Shown here in pieces: positions 26,613-35,453 of a stretch of DNA of 39,736 bases (position 1 is its first letter; each line of letters starts with the position of its first letter). The DNA lies in NCBI GenBank assembly GCA_048881705.1, contig JBHLSH010000029.1:1-39736 (forward strand), given 5' to 3'. Made by a program: the position numbers and the translations under genes. The notes beneath the pieces are model-generated. The model did not search any database, was not told where the DNA came from, and saw only the letters and a list, made by a program, of their open reading frames with translations. The DNA comes from Candidatus Heimdallarchaeota archaeon (GTDB lineage: Archaea; Asgardarchaeota; Heimdallarchaeia; Hodarchaeales; Hodarchaeaceae).

Positions 26613-27520
26613 TGCAAATAACGATTTTCGGAGCAGGAAGCATAGGTTCGCTGTTTGCTGGCCGTATGGCTTTTTCTGGATTTGATTCATCGGTTATTGG
26701 GCGTCCTCGCCATGTTGCTGAGATTCGAAAGAGTGGCTTAAGAGTAATTAATGGAAAAAGCCAGATACTATCTCATCTGCCAGCCCATACACATTTTCAA
26801 CCTGGCCTGATTAAGCCTGATGTCTTGTTTATCACGACCAAGGCATACGACAATTTTCAGGTAGCAGAAATCCTCCAAAGACAGTTAAAGCCTGGAATTC
26901 CTCTTGTTTTGATCCAAAATGGAATGGGGAATGAAACAGCTTTTATGGAATCCTTACCGAACAACCCAATCTTTCGAGCAATAACAACCGAAGCAGCGGA
27001 ATTAATTACTCCCGGTGTCGTTAAACATGTAGCCTTTGGTAGAACATCATTCAATGGTATCACTGGTGATGAAAATGGCTTTAAAACAGACATCAAAGCC
27101 ATCTTGGAAAAATCAGGGTTCCAATCTCGAATTGCTCGAGATATTCAGCTTACTATGTGGCAGAAGCTGCTCGCTAATGCCGCCATTTGCCCTTTGGCGG
27201 CTCTTCTCCACGTACCAAACGGATTAATCTTAGAGAAACCTTCGAATCAGAGGATTTTCGATGCGTTGTTGGCCGAAGGGCTTCGGTTAGCTAAACAGAG
27301 TGTACCTGACGCAGATTTCTCCCAAACGCGTCAGTTCATCTTGAAAGTCATTAAAAAAACTGCCAACAATAAGTGTAGCATGTTACAAGACATTGAACGT
27401 GGACGTAGAACTGAGATCGATTTTTTAAACGGTTTCATAGTACAAGAGAGCAAAAGACGGGGGTTAAATGCTCCCGTTAACGCCGCGGTAACTAATCTTG
27501 TTCATCAACTGGAACCTTGA
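26612..27520 (+). CDS. panE: Ketopantoate reductase
   Basis: GAGSIG, TKAYD, IQNGMG, WQKLLAN, SMLQD, RRTEIDFLNG. ATG at 26612 overlaps the coaBC stop (TGATG). Confidence 0.93.
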   Translation: MQITIFGAGSIGSLFAGRMAFSGFDSSVIGRPRHVAEIRKSGLRVINGKSQILSHLPAHTHFQPGLIKPDVLFITTKAYDNFQVAEILQRQLKPGIPLVLIQNGMGNETAFMESLPNNPIFRAITTEAAELITPGVVKHVAFGRTSFNGITGDENGFKTDIKAILEKSGFQSRIARDIQLTMWQKLLANAAICPLAALLHVPNGLILEKPSNQRIFDALLAEGLRLAKQSVPDADFSQTRQFILKVIKKTANNKCSMLQDIERGRRTEIDFLNGFIVQESKRRGLNAPVNAAVTNLVHQLEP

Positions 27521-27541
27521 CTCCGTTATAGAGGTATACTA

Positions 27542-28444
27542 GTGGGTACTTCGGCCTCATATTGGGTAGCATCTCACTTGACTGGATTATTCGCAATCAA
27601 GGATGGAAACGATGAGATTCTCTCTCGAGGGTCGATAGGAGCAGGAGTTTGCATAAATCGAGGTACAGTAACCACCGTTACAAGAACAGACCATGCATCA
27701 TTAGAAGTTTACTTTAATGGCGTGAAAACTCCCTTATCTATTGCTACCGTAACCAAGCGAGTTTTGGATCTACTCTTTGAAAGGGACTCCCAGCAAGGAA
27801 TTCGGATTGAGCATCGTTTTGGAATTCCAATTTCATCGGGATTTGGCGCTTCGGCAGCTGGAGCGCTAGGAACCGCTTTTGCAGCTAATGACGCATTTGA
27901 CCTGGGTTTTTCTAGGATTAGGCTGTTTCAGATCGCACATCTAGCTGAAATATATTCTAATACAGGACTTGGTGATATAATTGGCTTGTATCAGGGAGGT
28001 GCAGAAGTGCGAATCAAACAAGGAGCGCCAGGGGTCGGACAAACCATTGCAATGACGAATAGAGATAGCTGGAAGATAGCAACCATTCATATTGGTCATT
28101 TAGCTACCCCAAAAATCTTGTCTGATCATCGTAAAAGGAGAGCCATTAACCTTGCAGGAGAGCAACTGATTGAAAAGTTGATTTCCGAGCCTGATTTTGG
28201 AAATTTCGTTGGCCTTGCATCCCAATTTTCGAGAAAATTAAATTTGTGGTCAAAGGCGCTCATTGGAATTTCTGAATTGGTGCCGCCCGAAGTGGTCACT
28301 GCCCAAATCATGCTTGGAGATGCACTATTCCTGTTTTACAAACCAGGAACCGATCTTGAGACGCTATCGAACCTGGATTCCTCCTTCAAAAAGGAAACAA
28401 TATGCCAACAGACCGTAGTAAGGCGTGAAAGTGATGCGAACTGA
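27542..28444 (+). CDS. Archaeal pantoate kinase (GHMP family)
   Basis: SHLTGLF, GSIGAGVCI, PISSGFGASAAGAL GHMP loop, TGLGDII, GGAEVRIKQGAPG; CoA operon context. Confidence 0.9.
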   Translation: MGTSASYWVASHLTGLFAIKDGNDEILSRGSIGAGVCINRGTVTTVTRTDHASLEVYFNGVKTPLSIATVTKRVLDLLFERDSQQGIRIEHRFGIPISSGFGASAAGALGTAFAANDAFDLGFSRIRLFQIAHLAEIYSNTGLGDIIGLYQGGAEVRIKQGAPGVGQTIAMTNRDSWKIATIHIGHLATPKILSDHRKRRAINLAGEQLIEKLISEPDFGNFVGLASQFSRKLNLWSKALIGISELVPPEVVTAQIMLGDALFLFYKPGTDLETLSNLDSSFKKETICQQTVVRRESDAN

Positions 28445-29228
28445 AGTACCATTAGATCACCCCCGTTATGAATCTTTAGTAGTTCGTGAGCGGATTATTG
28501 AAGGGATGCATAATAATGTAGTTGCTGAAGCTGGCCTAATCGCACACGGGCGGGGGGAAGCATTTGATTATATACTAGGTGAATCAACCCCTGGTATAGT
28601 TCTAGAACAGGAACGATTGGCAGTTATAACAATGTTATTGGCTGAGTCACCCATCATTTCTGTCAATGGAAATGTAGCGGCGCTTTGCGCTGATGGCATT
28701 GTTAAGCTCAGCAAGGTTTTGCGTGCTCCTTTGGAGATAAATTTGTTTTATCGGTCAAAGGAAAGGTTACAGGCGATCGAAAAAACGCTTTTCGATGCAG
28801 GTGCTGGTGAGATCTATGGAACAGATCCTAGGTATCATACAACCATTTCTGAAATCACCCATAAGCGCCGTATAGTGGACTCTCGTGGGATTAAAATGTC
28901 AGATTGTGTTCTTGTACCCTTGGAGGACGGAGATCGTGCGGAGGCCCTGAGACGAATGGGAAAAACGGTGGTAACTGTAGACTTGAATCCTTTATCGAGA
29001 ACTTCAGTGGCGGCTTCGGTAACAATAACCAACAATATAATAAGAGCAGTAGAAGAAATGGCAGATATAGCAATAGATTATTCCGATAAAAGCCAACTAG
29101 AGTTACTGGAATTAAAGTCAAGCTTAAATAATGAAAGTCTCTTACGGAAGGTGTTAAAGCTTATGTCAAACCGATTGAGTACGATCGCAGAAGACGCAGA
29201 ACCTTTTACAATTCACGAGGTGAAATAA
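28425..29228 (+). CDS. Archaeal phosphopantothenate synthetase (4-phosphopantoate--beta-alanine ligase)
   Basis: HPRYESL, GLIAHGRGEAFDY, ISVNGN, VPLEDGDR, DLNPLSRT. Confidence 0.95.
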   Translation: MKVMRTEVPLDHPRYESLVVRERIIEGMHNNVVAEAGLIAHGRGEAFDYILGESTPGIVLEQERLAVITMLLAESPIISVNGNVAALCADGIVKLSKVLRAPLEINLFYRSKERLQAIEKTLFDAGAGEIYGTDPRYHTTISEITHKRRIVDSRGIKMSDCVLVPLEDGDRAEALRRMGKTVVTVDLNPLSRTSVAASVTITNNIIRAVEEMADIAIDYSDKSQLELLELKSSLNNESLLRKVLKLMSNRLSTIAEDAEPFTIHEVK

Positions 29229-30028
29229 TGGCAAAGAAGACGGTTTTGGATATCCTTGGGATGCTAAACGAAGGTAAGAAAATAACAATGCTGACAGCGT
29301 ATGATTTTGTCATATCTTCAATACTGGATGAAGCAGGAACGGATATTCTTCTTGTTGGAGATACTATGGGGATGGTTGTCTACGGGAATCCAACAACTTT
29401 GTCTGTATCCCTTGAGGACTCAATTCGGCACACGCAGGCGGTTGCTCGTGGTGCAAAGTCAGCCATGGTCGTCGGAGACCTTCCGTTTGGAACCTTCCAA
29501 GTGTCGGCAGAGGAAGCGGTGAAAAATGCAATTAAACTGGTTCAATTGGGAGCTGCTGAGGCCATTAAACTCGAAGGAGGTAGTGAGCGAATCGAAGCAA
29601 TCGAAAGAATTTTAGATGCAGGGATACCAGTCATGGGACATCTTGGATTAACCCCTCAGTCCTTTTATAAATTTGGAGGTTTCAAAGTTCAAGGGAGAAA
29701 CGAAAAAGCGGCTGAATTTTTATTAGGGGAAGCATTGGCGCTAGAAAGGGCCGGCGTGTTTTCTTTGGTACTGGAAGCAATTCCATGGAAATTGGCGAAG
29801 AAAATAACAGAAAAGCTGACCACTTGTGCTACTATCGGCATAGGTGCGGGCCCTTACTGCGATGGACAGGTTCTTGTTACTTATGACATGTTAGGTTATT
29901 TTGAATTCAAAGCAAAGTTTGTAAAACGCTTTGCTAATCTGAAAAACCAGATACTGGAAGCTGGGCAAAAATACAACGATGAAGTTCGTAAAGGTATATT
30001 TCCTGATCTTGATTATAGCTATGAATAG
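29228..30028 (+). CDS. panB: Ketopantoate hydroxymethyltransferase
   Basis: MLTAYD, LVGDT, GDLPFG, KLEGG, PVMGHLGLTPQ, IGIGAG, DGQVLV; TAATG overlap with the upstream gene. Confidence 0.97.
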   Translation: MAKKTVLDILGMLNEGKKITMLTAYDFVISSILDEAGTDILLVGDTMGMVVYGNPTTLSVSLEDSIRHTQAVARGAKSAMVVGDLPFGTFQVSAEEAVKNAIKLVQLGAAEAIKLEGGSERIEAIERILDAGIPVMGHLGLTPQSFYKFGGFKVQGRNEKAAEFLLGEALALERAGVFSLVLEAIPWKLAKKITEKLTTCATIGIGAGPYCDGQVLVTYDMLGYFEFKAKFVKRFANLKNQILEAGQKYNDEVRKGIFPDLDYSYE

Positions 30029-30087
30029 AAACCTGTCATATTCGTCATTTTCATCCTCCTCTCAGTCTTTTGGATATTTAAACTCTC

Positions 30088-30435
30088 ATGGATAGCCTTA
30101 TTAAGGTAAAAAGACCCTGTTCTCCTTGTTTCCTAATGCAAGCCGACCAAAGAAGATTAACGGGGTTCGAAGTTGGAAAAGGCTTCTCTCTTAAGCATTA
30201 TCTTCTTGACGAGTTGTTTAAGGCTAAAAAACGGATTTATACGAATTTAGAGACCCCTCATCCATATTGTGAGCTTGATTGTCCATGGCTTTCGATTTGT
30301 CGGCATTCTTTACCGCCCGCTTGCATTCTTCCAGATCTTCTGGACTATAAAACTTGGATAGCGCTAACCAAGACCGAAAGGCATCAGGCTGAATTTTCCG
30401 CAAAACCGAATTTCACCGAATATAACAAGCTTTGA
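30088..30435 (+). CDS. Small Cys-rich hypothetical protein
   Basis: 115 aa with CSPC, CELDC and two further Cys; fills the gap between convergent gene runs. Confidence 0.6.
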   Translation: MDSLIKVKRPCSPCFLMQADQRRLTGFEVGKGFSLKHYLLDELFKAKKRIYTNLETPHPYCELDCPWLSICRHSLPPACILPDLLDYKTWIALTKTERHQAEFSAKPNFTEYNKL

Positions 30436-30471
30436 GCTTTGATGGGAACAATAAACGGATTCCAAGGATTA

Positions 30472-31182
30472 TCAGACCTTTTTTGAGGTCTGAAGTAATT
30501 CTTGATTTTTTAAAACGTATTTTGGCCCAAATCCTTCGAGACTAGCAAGCGGCCCTTCTAAACCTTTTGGATTTCCTGTTTTCGTATAGGTTATCTGAGT
30601 ATCCACTATTCCCTTAAAGACTTCAGATGGGCTACCATCAAACGTTTGTAAAAGTGTTTCCGCTTTCTTGATTCCAGTATTATGTAGACCTTGGATAAGA
30701 AACAACTGTTGATCCCTAATGCTTCTCTTTTTTGGGGATGATCTGATAATTATCGGATCGGTTTTTTCCTCTTGTACCCAGGAAGCGATTCGGTTCAGGC
30801 AGATGGCAGATTCCCCCATGTTTACGGTTGGTACCACTGGAACCTGGCGTTTAAGAAAAATATAGGTCAACGCGCCGTACACATGTTTCTTTCGTTTTTT
30901 CCATTCTGTTCGGGCGAACGCTGAGGGTAAATCTTCCAATAGTAATAAGGGTTGCTCGTAGGCTTCAATCAACCGATCGATCTGTTCAAACAACCTATTA
31001 TCCATTAGAGAGGATATTAAATCGGCACCGGTCTTCCGCTCACAAGCCACCTGTTCTGAGAAAACATAATCTCCAATATCAAGCTGCCGTTCTTCAACTA
31101 CCATCTCGAATCTCTCAGACAGAGCTTTTTTAATTCGGAGCGGCTCTCTATGGTCTACTATCAAACGTAATCTACTATTCAT
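30472..31182 (-). CDS. ERCC4-domain nuclease (XPF/Mus81-like short form) with HhH region
   Basis: IVDHRE, LDIGDY, ERKTGADLISSLMDNRLFEQ, LLLED, then HhH-like LIQGLHNTGIKKA and LEGFGPK. Confidence 0.92.
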   Translation of the reverse strand: MNSRLRLIVDHREPLRIKKALSERFEMVVEERQLDIGDYVFSEQVACERKTGADLISSLMDNRLFEQIDRLIEAYEQPLLLLEDLPSAFARTEWKKRKKHVYGALTYIFLKRQVPVVPTVNMGESAICLNRIASWVQEEKTDPIIIRSSPKKRSIRDQQLFLIQGLHNTGIKKAETLLQTFDGSPSEVFKGIVDTQITYTKTGNPKGLEGPLASLEGFGPKYVLKNQELLQTSKKV

Positions 31183-31201
31183 TTAAACTCCAACGTATCA
31201 T

Positions 31202-33598
31202 TCATTTTGGATGATACCCAGACTTGTTCAGAGAACCTGGTAACATATTATTTTGTACCATCGAGGTTACCATTCGCCGAATGAGATCTGGGGGAATATT
31301 TAGGGTCGAAAAATCCCCCCATCGAATAATTTTTTTCGCTTGTTGTTCAGGGCGGTTAATAAAGTATAAAACCCTACCGGCCGCATTTTTTAGAGTTAGA
31401 ATTCTTTCATCGCTAGTACGAACAAGCTTCTCATTTTTATCTATCAATTTATGGAATAGATCCAACTGGCTTTGGCCAAGATCTAAATCGAGGATTTCCC
31501 CAAGTTCCGCCAGTGCCAGTTCTTGTCGATATTCAAGGATTCCATTAATTTCCTGCAGTATTCCTCTTTCTGTGATAAATTCCCCAACGGAATTCGTTAT
31601 TCCCGAAAGCTGGAGGACTTCATGCACGATAATCCTCAGGATAGAGTCAGGGAGTTCTAATTTGAAGGCCAGCACGTCAAAATTGATCCTGGGATGCGTA
31701 CTGATTTCATTCTGCACTCGTGTGAGGAGACTTTCCTCTATATAATACCTACCATCTTTGTCTTGTCTACTCACATACTCTTGAAGAAGGAATTCGGATA
31801 TTTGACGTTTTATTTCAGTACTGAGTCTGCTAAAACCAGATTCCTGAATAAATTGCTCCAAATGCAAGTAACCGTGTTTATCATAATGGTCTTTCACCAG
31901 ATCCAGAACGTTTTTTATTGAGGTAACCTTTCCTGAATCAACTCGAAAAACTTGAAGCTTTATGGATTTTACCAGACTGTCGAGAAAATCAGAAAAATCA
32001 ATCCCGATAACCGGTAGGAGATGCTGAACTTCGGTTTCACCTAAATTGTTAATATCATGTTCTATCTTAGCTAGTTCGGAAAGGTCAATGAAAACCTGTA
32101 ACCCTTCCAACCATCTTCCAGGGTGAACCCCGTTAATAAAATCGACAAATTCCCGAAATTCGATTTGTGGATTACCTAGTTCTTGAATAAACTTGTTGAA
32201 TCCTTGGATCTTGTATTGGGCCAAATTCATCCTCCATTTTTCCCTCACAAATCGCCGAGTAAGGAAAACCTCTTCCGAATTTAACCACCCGTCTGTAGGA
32301 TCATATATTTTAGGAAGAATAACCTCTCTTATTCGTTCTGGAGAAACATTTGTCCGTTTACTGAGATCTAATAGAGAGAAATATCCTTTATTTTGAATAT
32401 CGTCAGATATCTCTGATAACAACGCCTCAGTAATATAGATCTCAGGAGAAAGCCTGTTGGTACCAGAAATCTCAGACACTACCGTTTCAAGGATATCCTT
32501 TCCAATCTGATCAAAGGGGGAGCGCTGTAGTAGAATGGGGAGTTGAATCACATCAAATTGCTCAAATTCAGCTTTAATAAGCTTTTTCAGTCCGTTTTCG
32601 GTAAATATCGTTCCATCTGATAGCGGATATAATTGCAGTTTCAGCATATCCTCGATTAGTATCTTGATGGTAAGTTCGGTCAATTGAAATTCATTTGCAA
32701 GTTCGGAATAATGGAACTGAGATTTATTGGATACACGGCTTCGAAAGTCTTCGATAGCAAAAGACATCTGATTTTGTAAAGCAGAAACTGCTGAATCGAA
32801 ATTTTGTTTCGTATTTCTAGTTCCAAGGTGAAGTAAAGCCAGCAGGTCAAGTTTTCCTTGCTCAATGACGGTTTTTATTATTTCAGATTCACTTTTCTTA
32901 AGAAATGCCGCCGCTGTTTCACGTACATATTCATTTGAGTCGGTTAAATTCTCAATAAAGGAAATCGTAACTTCTGGGCTAAGTTTTTCCTCCATATGTT
33001 CAAGGGCAGAACTTGCCTGATTGCGTGTTAAATCATCGAATTCTGGATTTCGCATGATCTCGATTAAAGCCCCAATAGCCCGTGGTGTTTTTAGCTTACC
33101 TAAGGCATATATTACAGTACGTCGAAGTCCACCTGTCTCGGTCTCTAGTAATCGTAAGAGAATTGGTTCTACTCCCTTGATCTGATGTTTTACGACGATA
33201 TTGAGTGCCGTATTCAAAACTGCCTTATTGGGATCCTTTAGTGCTTTTATAGTAAAATCTGGTAACTTAGAATGTCCCTTTTCCGATAACCACTCCAAGG
33301 CGTACGATCGAATACCAGGATTTGGATCTTGGGGGTCGCTAAGAATTGAAAAAACTAAGGGCGCAACTAGTTTTGGAGTTTCCCTAGCTGTTCCGATGAG
33401 CGTGATAATTGCTGCCTCTCGTACTTGGTCATTGCCATCTTTTGTCAGTGTTTGTAAAGACTTTCTGACCATTCGTTCACGAAACTCTTCTGGACTAGAT
33501 TCCAAGAATCTTCTAAGGTTGATTACCGCAGAAAGTCGAACTTCATGGTTTTTTGCTTTCAAGTTTCTTAAATCGGTGACTACTGATGATTCTGACAT
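31202..33598 (-). CDS. HEAT-repeat protein with C-terminal tandem winged-helix-like repeats
   Basis: About 7 HEAT/PBS-like units (VRLSAV, VREAAI, IRSYAL, LRRTVIYALG, TRNQASSAL, VRETAA) then repeated units like FHYSELANEFQL, FSLLDLSKRTNVS, INFDVLAFKLELP, LALAELGEILDL. Confidence 0.75.
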   Translation of the reverse strand: MSESSVVTDLRNLKAKNHEVRLSAVINLRRFLESSPEEFRERMVRKSLQTLTKDGNDQVREAAIITLIGTARETPKLVAPLVFSILSDPQDPNPGIRSYALEWLSEKGHSKLPDFTIKALKDPNKAVLNTALNIVVKHQIKGVEPILLRLLETETGGLRRTVIYALGKLKTPRAIGALIEIMRNPEFDDLTRNQASSALEHMEEKLSPEVTISFIENLTDSNEYVRETAAAFLKKSESEIIKTVIEQGKLDLLALLHLGTRNTKQNFDSAVSALQNQMSFAIEDFRSRVSNKSQFHYSELANEFQLTELTIKILIEDMLKLQLYPLSDGTIFTENGLKKLIKAEFEQFDVIQLPILLQRSPFDQIGKDILETVVSEISGTNRLSPEIYITEALLSEISDDIQNKGYFSLLDLSKRTNVSPERIREVILPKIYDPTDGWLNSEEVFLTRRFVREKWRMNLAQYKIQGFNKFIQELGNPQIEFREFVDFINGVHPGRWLEGLQVFIDLSELAKIEHDINNLGETEVQHLLPVIGIDFSDFLDSLVKSIKLQVFRVDSGKVTSIKNVLDLVKDHYDKHGYLHLEQFIQESGFSRLSTEIKRQISEFLLQEYVSRQDKDGRYYIEESLLTRVQNEISTHPRINFDVLAFKLELPDSILRIIVHEVLQLSGITNSVGEFITERGILQEINGILEYRQELALAELGEILDLDLGQSQLDLFHKLIDKNEKLVRTSDERILTLKNAAGRVLYFINRPEQQAKKIIRWGDFSTLNIPPDLIRRMVTSMVQNNMLPGSLNKSGYHPK

Positions 33599-33625
33599 CG
33601 ATCGGCCTCGAATCTACATATCCTT

Positions 33626-34090
33626 TTACTCAGATGCCCATTCCTTAAGAATGAAACTGGCATCCCAACCAGTCTTGGCCTGCACCACTTTTCCCTTGGA
33701 TCCCAATAGCGATAAGAAATCCAGATAGACCTTTACGATATTGATATCGATGTTTGAAACTGCCTCCGCAATTTCATCCTCGAGTTTTCCCGTGGTTGAT
33801 AGTTTTTTCAAGATTTCTGTCGCATCTTCAATAAGTTTATACCGATAAGGCTTTTTAGTTCGAGGTTCCCCTATCGGATCGAGCATCCATTTATTATTCT
33901 TTTTGATTGTCCGGCCGTACGAGTGAAGGTATGCCAGGAAAGATAATGAGTAATATGTATCACTCAGACATAGGTCAGTACCAGGTGAAACCTCATATGG
34001 GGTTACTTCATCAGCTAAATATTCCAGTTTCTCGATAACTTGCATGAAAGTGCTAAATGGGAATCCATTAAAGGGGGGGATCTCTAGCAA
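33626..34090 (-). CDS. Hypothetical protein with two similar winged-helix-like halves
   Basis: Internal repeat YSLSFLAYLHSYGRTI versus VYLDFLSLLGSKGKVV, each preceded by an HTH-like segment. Confidence 0.6.
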   Translation of the reverse strand: MLEIPPFNGFPFSTFMQVIEKLEYLADEVTPYEVSPGTDLCLSDTYYSLSFLAYLHSYGRTIKKNNKWMLDPIGEPRTKKPYRYKLIEDATEILKKLSTTGKLEDEIAEAVSNIDINIVKVYLDFLSLLGSKGKVVQAKTGWDASFILKEWASE

Positions 34091-34137
34091 GGATTAAACA
34101 TCCAGGTTTATATCTGAAGGAAGGTACTCAAAAAACC

Positions 34138-34674
34138 TCAAATCCGGCTATTAACTTTTTCGATTTCTTGTCCATGAATGTGGCCTGATAGAATAAAGAT
34201 TTTTTCTCCCAATACGGTTTTTTCCCCCGTTTGAATGTATCCTTGTTTTTCATAGAAGGTTTTCAAGTGGGGAGTTTTTTCGTAAATTTCTAGCTTTATG
34301 GCCTTTATTTTAGAATTTCGTCTCTTTAGCACGCGAGAAACTTCCTGAACTACCCATTTTCCATATCCCTGCCGTTGATAAGGTGGTGCGATTGAAAAGT
34401 GATACATCTTACATGTCTCCTCATCCTGCTCTTTCAGCGAGACGGTACCGATAATACGATCAGAAAGAGTGATGATAAAAAGCTCATGATTACTAAAAGA
34501 TTCCTTTATTTTCTTATCTGTATCATTTAATGCCCCAGGGGGTCGTGATAACACTTTTAAAATGGGAACGTACGCCTCACGGATAATTGCCTCTATTTGT
34601 GGAAGGTGCTCTATTTTCGCCTTTTGTAATTCTAATTTTTGCAAGTATAAACCACATTTATGATATTTTTTCAT
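34138..34674 (-). CDS. GNAT-family N-acetyltransferase
   Basis: SIAPPYQRQGYGK acetyl-CoA motif A, FYEKQGY; ATG at 34674 overlaps the upstream TGA. Confidence 0.93.
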   Translation of the reverse strand: MKKYHKCGLYLQKLELQKAKIEHLPQIEAIIREAYVPILKVLSRPPGALNDTDKKIKESFSNHELFIITLSDRIIGTVSLKEQDEETCKMYHFSIAPPYQRQGYGKWVVQEVSRVLKRRNSKIKAIKLEIYEKTPHLKTFYEKQGYIQTGEKTVLGEKIFILSGHIHGQEIEKVNSRI

Positions 34675-35441
34675 CAATGGGGAATTATCTCTTTAATTTG
34701 GGCTACGGTATCCGAGATTTTTACTACAAGGCTCTCGAGTCTAGTATCGGGATTGCCATCAATACAGAGTATCAATCCTTCAGATATTTTGTAAGCAACA
34801 AGATGAGTTGCTTCTGACGAAGCAATCAGATAACGTAAATTTCGCATGTGAGAGGAAACTGTTAGGATAGTAATGAAGGTTGACATTCTATCTCTGTCCA
34901 TTTGGAATTCAACAACCGGCTCGCCCGTAAATGAAACAATCATGGCACCTCGTATGCCGACATCCTCATTTTTAACGAGTTTTCGTAAATAAAAAAGCGC
35001 TGCTTCTTTTGAGGAGGAGAGTAACTCACGTGTCTCTCCTTTAAAAACTGCATCTACCTGTATGGAAAAATTTTTGAACATTTCTGTGTCGATCAATTGA
35101 ATATCCTTCTGGTTGGGGTGCTCAGATAAAAATAAACTGGAGATCGTTTTAAGTTTAAATTGCAAATCCATAGTAGAGACTAGTGGGGAGGCTAGAACGG
35201 CGAATACCAGGCCATCTTTTTCTATGAAAGAAAAACGGACGTCCTCCATATCCACTACTCGGAGATCACTTAGTGCTGAGGATTCCGCAAACGAAAACAT
35301 GGCGGTTAAGAAAGCAACCACCAAATGCGGATCGGGGGCTTGTCTATCAATTTCCTCATAAGATCTAGTTATTAGAGTATCCCCACTCTCTCGTCGGAAG
35401 ATAAAGAACGCTTTGATGTCCTTAAACGCATGCAATGACAA
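34674..35441 (-). CDS. Longin-like plus roadblock/LC7-like two-domain protein
   Basis: N-half: FFIFRRESGDTL...LVVAFLTAMFSFA...FSFIEKDGLVFAVLA...FKNFSIQVDAVF, a longin-type pattern. C-half: LRKLVKNEDVGIRGAMIVSFTGEPV...HLVAYKISEGLILCI, a roadblock-type pattern. Confidence 0.72.
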   Translation of the reverse strand: MSLHAFKDIKAFFIFRRESGDTLITRSYEEIDRQAPDPHLVVAFLTAMFSFAESSALSDLRVVDMEDVRFSFIEKDGLVFAVLASPLVSTMDLQFKLKTISSLFLSEHPNQKDIQLIDTEMFKNFSIQVDAVFKGETRELLSSSKEAALFYLRKLVKNEDVGIRGAMIVSFTGEPVVEFQMDRDRMSTFITILTVSSHMRNLRYLIASSEATHLVAYKISEGLILCIDGNPDTRLESLVVKISDTVAQIKEIIPH

Positions 35442-35453
35442 TGAAAAGTCACC

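Noticed and set aside
31224-33728. Antisense ORFs of 170+ aa (31224-31745, 33201-33728) and many similar shorter shadow ORFs across the window
   Set aside because: They lie opposite well-supported genes and show no protein motifs.
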